Assembly (NCBI GenBank): GCA_040235515.1
Contig: JBECKX010000130.1
Span: 1-15,235, forward strand
Length of the DNA: 15,235 nucleotides
Source: Candidatus Zixiibacteriota bacterium
GTDB taxonomy: Bacteria > Zixibacteria > MSB-5A5 > CAIYYT01
Direction of reading: 5' to 3'
This document shows, in pieces, positions 14,116 through 15,235 of the stretch; position 1 is the stretch's first letter; each line of letters begins with the position of its first letter. A program made the translations under genes and the position numbers. A model generated the notes under the pieces. The model worked only from the letters and a program-made list of their open reading frames with translations. It did no database searches and was not told where the DNA came from.

Positions 14116-15234
14116 TTAGACGCCCAGTTCAACGGCAACGCGCATGCTGCGAGGTGGCATCGGCATTCGCTCAAGCAACTCGTAGTGCGCATCAAACAGG
14201 TTGAACACGTCGAGGCGAATAGACTCCTCCACTCCCAGGATGTGGGTATCGAGTCTGATTCCAATGTCGTGCAAAGTGTATGGCTCGAGTGCCTTTGTAT
14301 TGGCTTCCCGGATGAAGCGTTCGCCGCTATAACTCAAGCGATAGTCGATCAATACTGAAGCGACCTTGAGTTGTGCGGCGAAAGACTCGACTCGGTCAGG
14401 ACGAAATGGGATCATGTTGCCGAAGTAACCCGACTGCGGCGTTCGGTTTTCGGCGCGAAGAGTCGTCCGCGAGTAAGAGAGCTTCAGACGATCCTCCATC
14501 AATCCGACCACGACATTGCTCTCGGTGCCTGAATAGTGAGCTTGTGCGAGATTGACCGGCTTATACTTGCCGTCAAACTGTCGCCGCCAGATGATCAGAT
14601 CCTCCAGCTCACTCTCATACCAGGTGTGTTTCGCCGAGACTGACACCGGCATATCGATCTCGAGTTTCAGACCCGCTTCTCGCTGGATTGCTGATTCGGG
14701 CTCTAAGTCGGGGTTGCCGACAGCGAAGACATCGCTCTGCCAGAAGAGTGCGTCTATCGGTGGTATCGAGTACGACTCCGAATAGGCGGCATCGGCTCCA
14801 ACCCTTAATCTCCCGCCGGTTTCCAGCGAAGCACCGATGTAGGGTGAAGTATGCGACTGATCGTCGATACGGTCCCAGCGGTACAGTTGTGAGAGTTGTG
14901 CATCGACACCCAACACTCGCTCCGATAAAGTTGCGCCGGCGAGCGCGGCAACCGAGCGGCGCTTGATGGTCGGCAAAGATTGTGCGGGTGTACTGTTATC
15001 TCGATTGAAGAAGGTCTGCGCCGAATAGTTGAGTCCCGATTCGATCTCCAGCCACTCAAACTGTCGCTTTGTCCAGGTTGCATCGACGCGTCGTTCAATC
15101 TGCGTGTAGCGGTTGTCATACGGAATGAATGCCGCTGGATCACGAAACTCCTGGCCGATTTCGCCATAATTCGCCCGCAGCGCCAGCGCGCTCCTGCGGT
15201 AGTCGATCGTGAAATGCTGCGAGCTGTATCTGCT
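14116..15234 (-). CDS. TonB-dependent outer-membrane receptor, BtuB-like (5' truncated by window edge)
   Basis: The frame is open from the window end (manually translated ...YDNRYTQIERRVDATW...). Motifs 'YSIPPIDALFW....GNPDLEPES', 'IIW...KYKPVN', 'IPFRP', 'DVFNLFDAHYE....PMPPRS'. Confidence 0.88.
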   Translation of the reverse strand, partial: SRYSSQHFTIDYRRSALALRANYGEIGQEFRDPAAFIPYDNRYTQIERRVDATWTKRQFEWLEIESGLNYSAQTFFNRDNSTPAQSLPTIKRRSVAALAGATLSERVLGVDAQLSQLYRWDRIDDQSHTSPYIGASLETGGRLRVGADAAYSESYSIPPIDALFWQSDVFAVGNPDLEPESAIQREAGLKLEIDMPVSVSAKHTWYESELEDLIIWRRQFDGKYKPVNLAQAHYSGTESNVVVGLMEDRLKLSYSRTTLRAENRTPQSGYFGNMIPFRPDRVESFAAQLKVASVLIDYRLSYSGERFIREANTKALEPYTLHDIGIRLDTHILGVEESIRLDVFNLFDAHYELLERMPMPPRSMRVAVELGV

Positions 15235-15235
15235 C

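Noticed and set aside
1..15235. CRISPR array, integron attC sites, prophage or IS element
   Set aside because: No regularly spaced repeat-spacer units, no attC-sized RYYYAAC/GTTRRRY structures, and no integrase, transposase or phage structural genes were seen.

Overview
A bacterial chromosomal window (mostly ~55-60% GC by eye). A Cys-containing, GGGP-ending dockerin, 'PRLIEYQGRLTD' secreted proteins and a eukaryotic-type citrate synthase suggest candidate division Zixibacteria/FCB; this taxonomy is inference. Genes left to right: a Zn-ribbon/Gly-rich/RDD membrane-protein gene broken by a -1 frameshift; two tandem paralogous secreted proteins with a conserved N-terminus and divergent tips; a His-rich Ni/Co-transporter-like membrane protein; rpsU-yqeY; an S41 peptidase; a small outer-membrane beta-barrel; a HIT hydrolase; a SulP/STAS transporter; a eukaryotic-type citrate synthase with a Rex/CRP-type palindrome; a ChbG/YdjC deacetylase; a YncE/BtuG-like beta-propeller with a C-terminal dockerin; and the 3' part of a BtuB-like TonB-dependent receptor. 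The most interesting unexplained elements are (i) an orphan ~170-nt structured sRNA candidate at 11441-11610 with an ECF-type promoter and a terminator, (ii) a BtuB/BtuG-like uptake pair whose capture protein has a dockerin instead of a lipid anchor, (iii) the constant-base/variable-tip paralog pair, (iv) apparent leaderless transcripts, and (v) two families of short palindromic intergenic repeats. I saw no CRISPR array, tRNA, rRNA, integrase or transposase. All family calls come from motif recognition by eye, not database searches.
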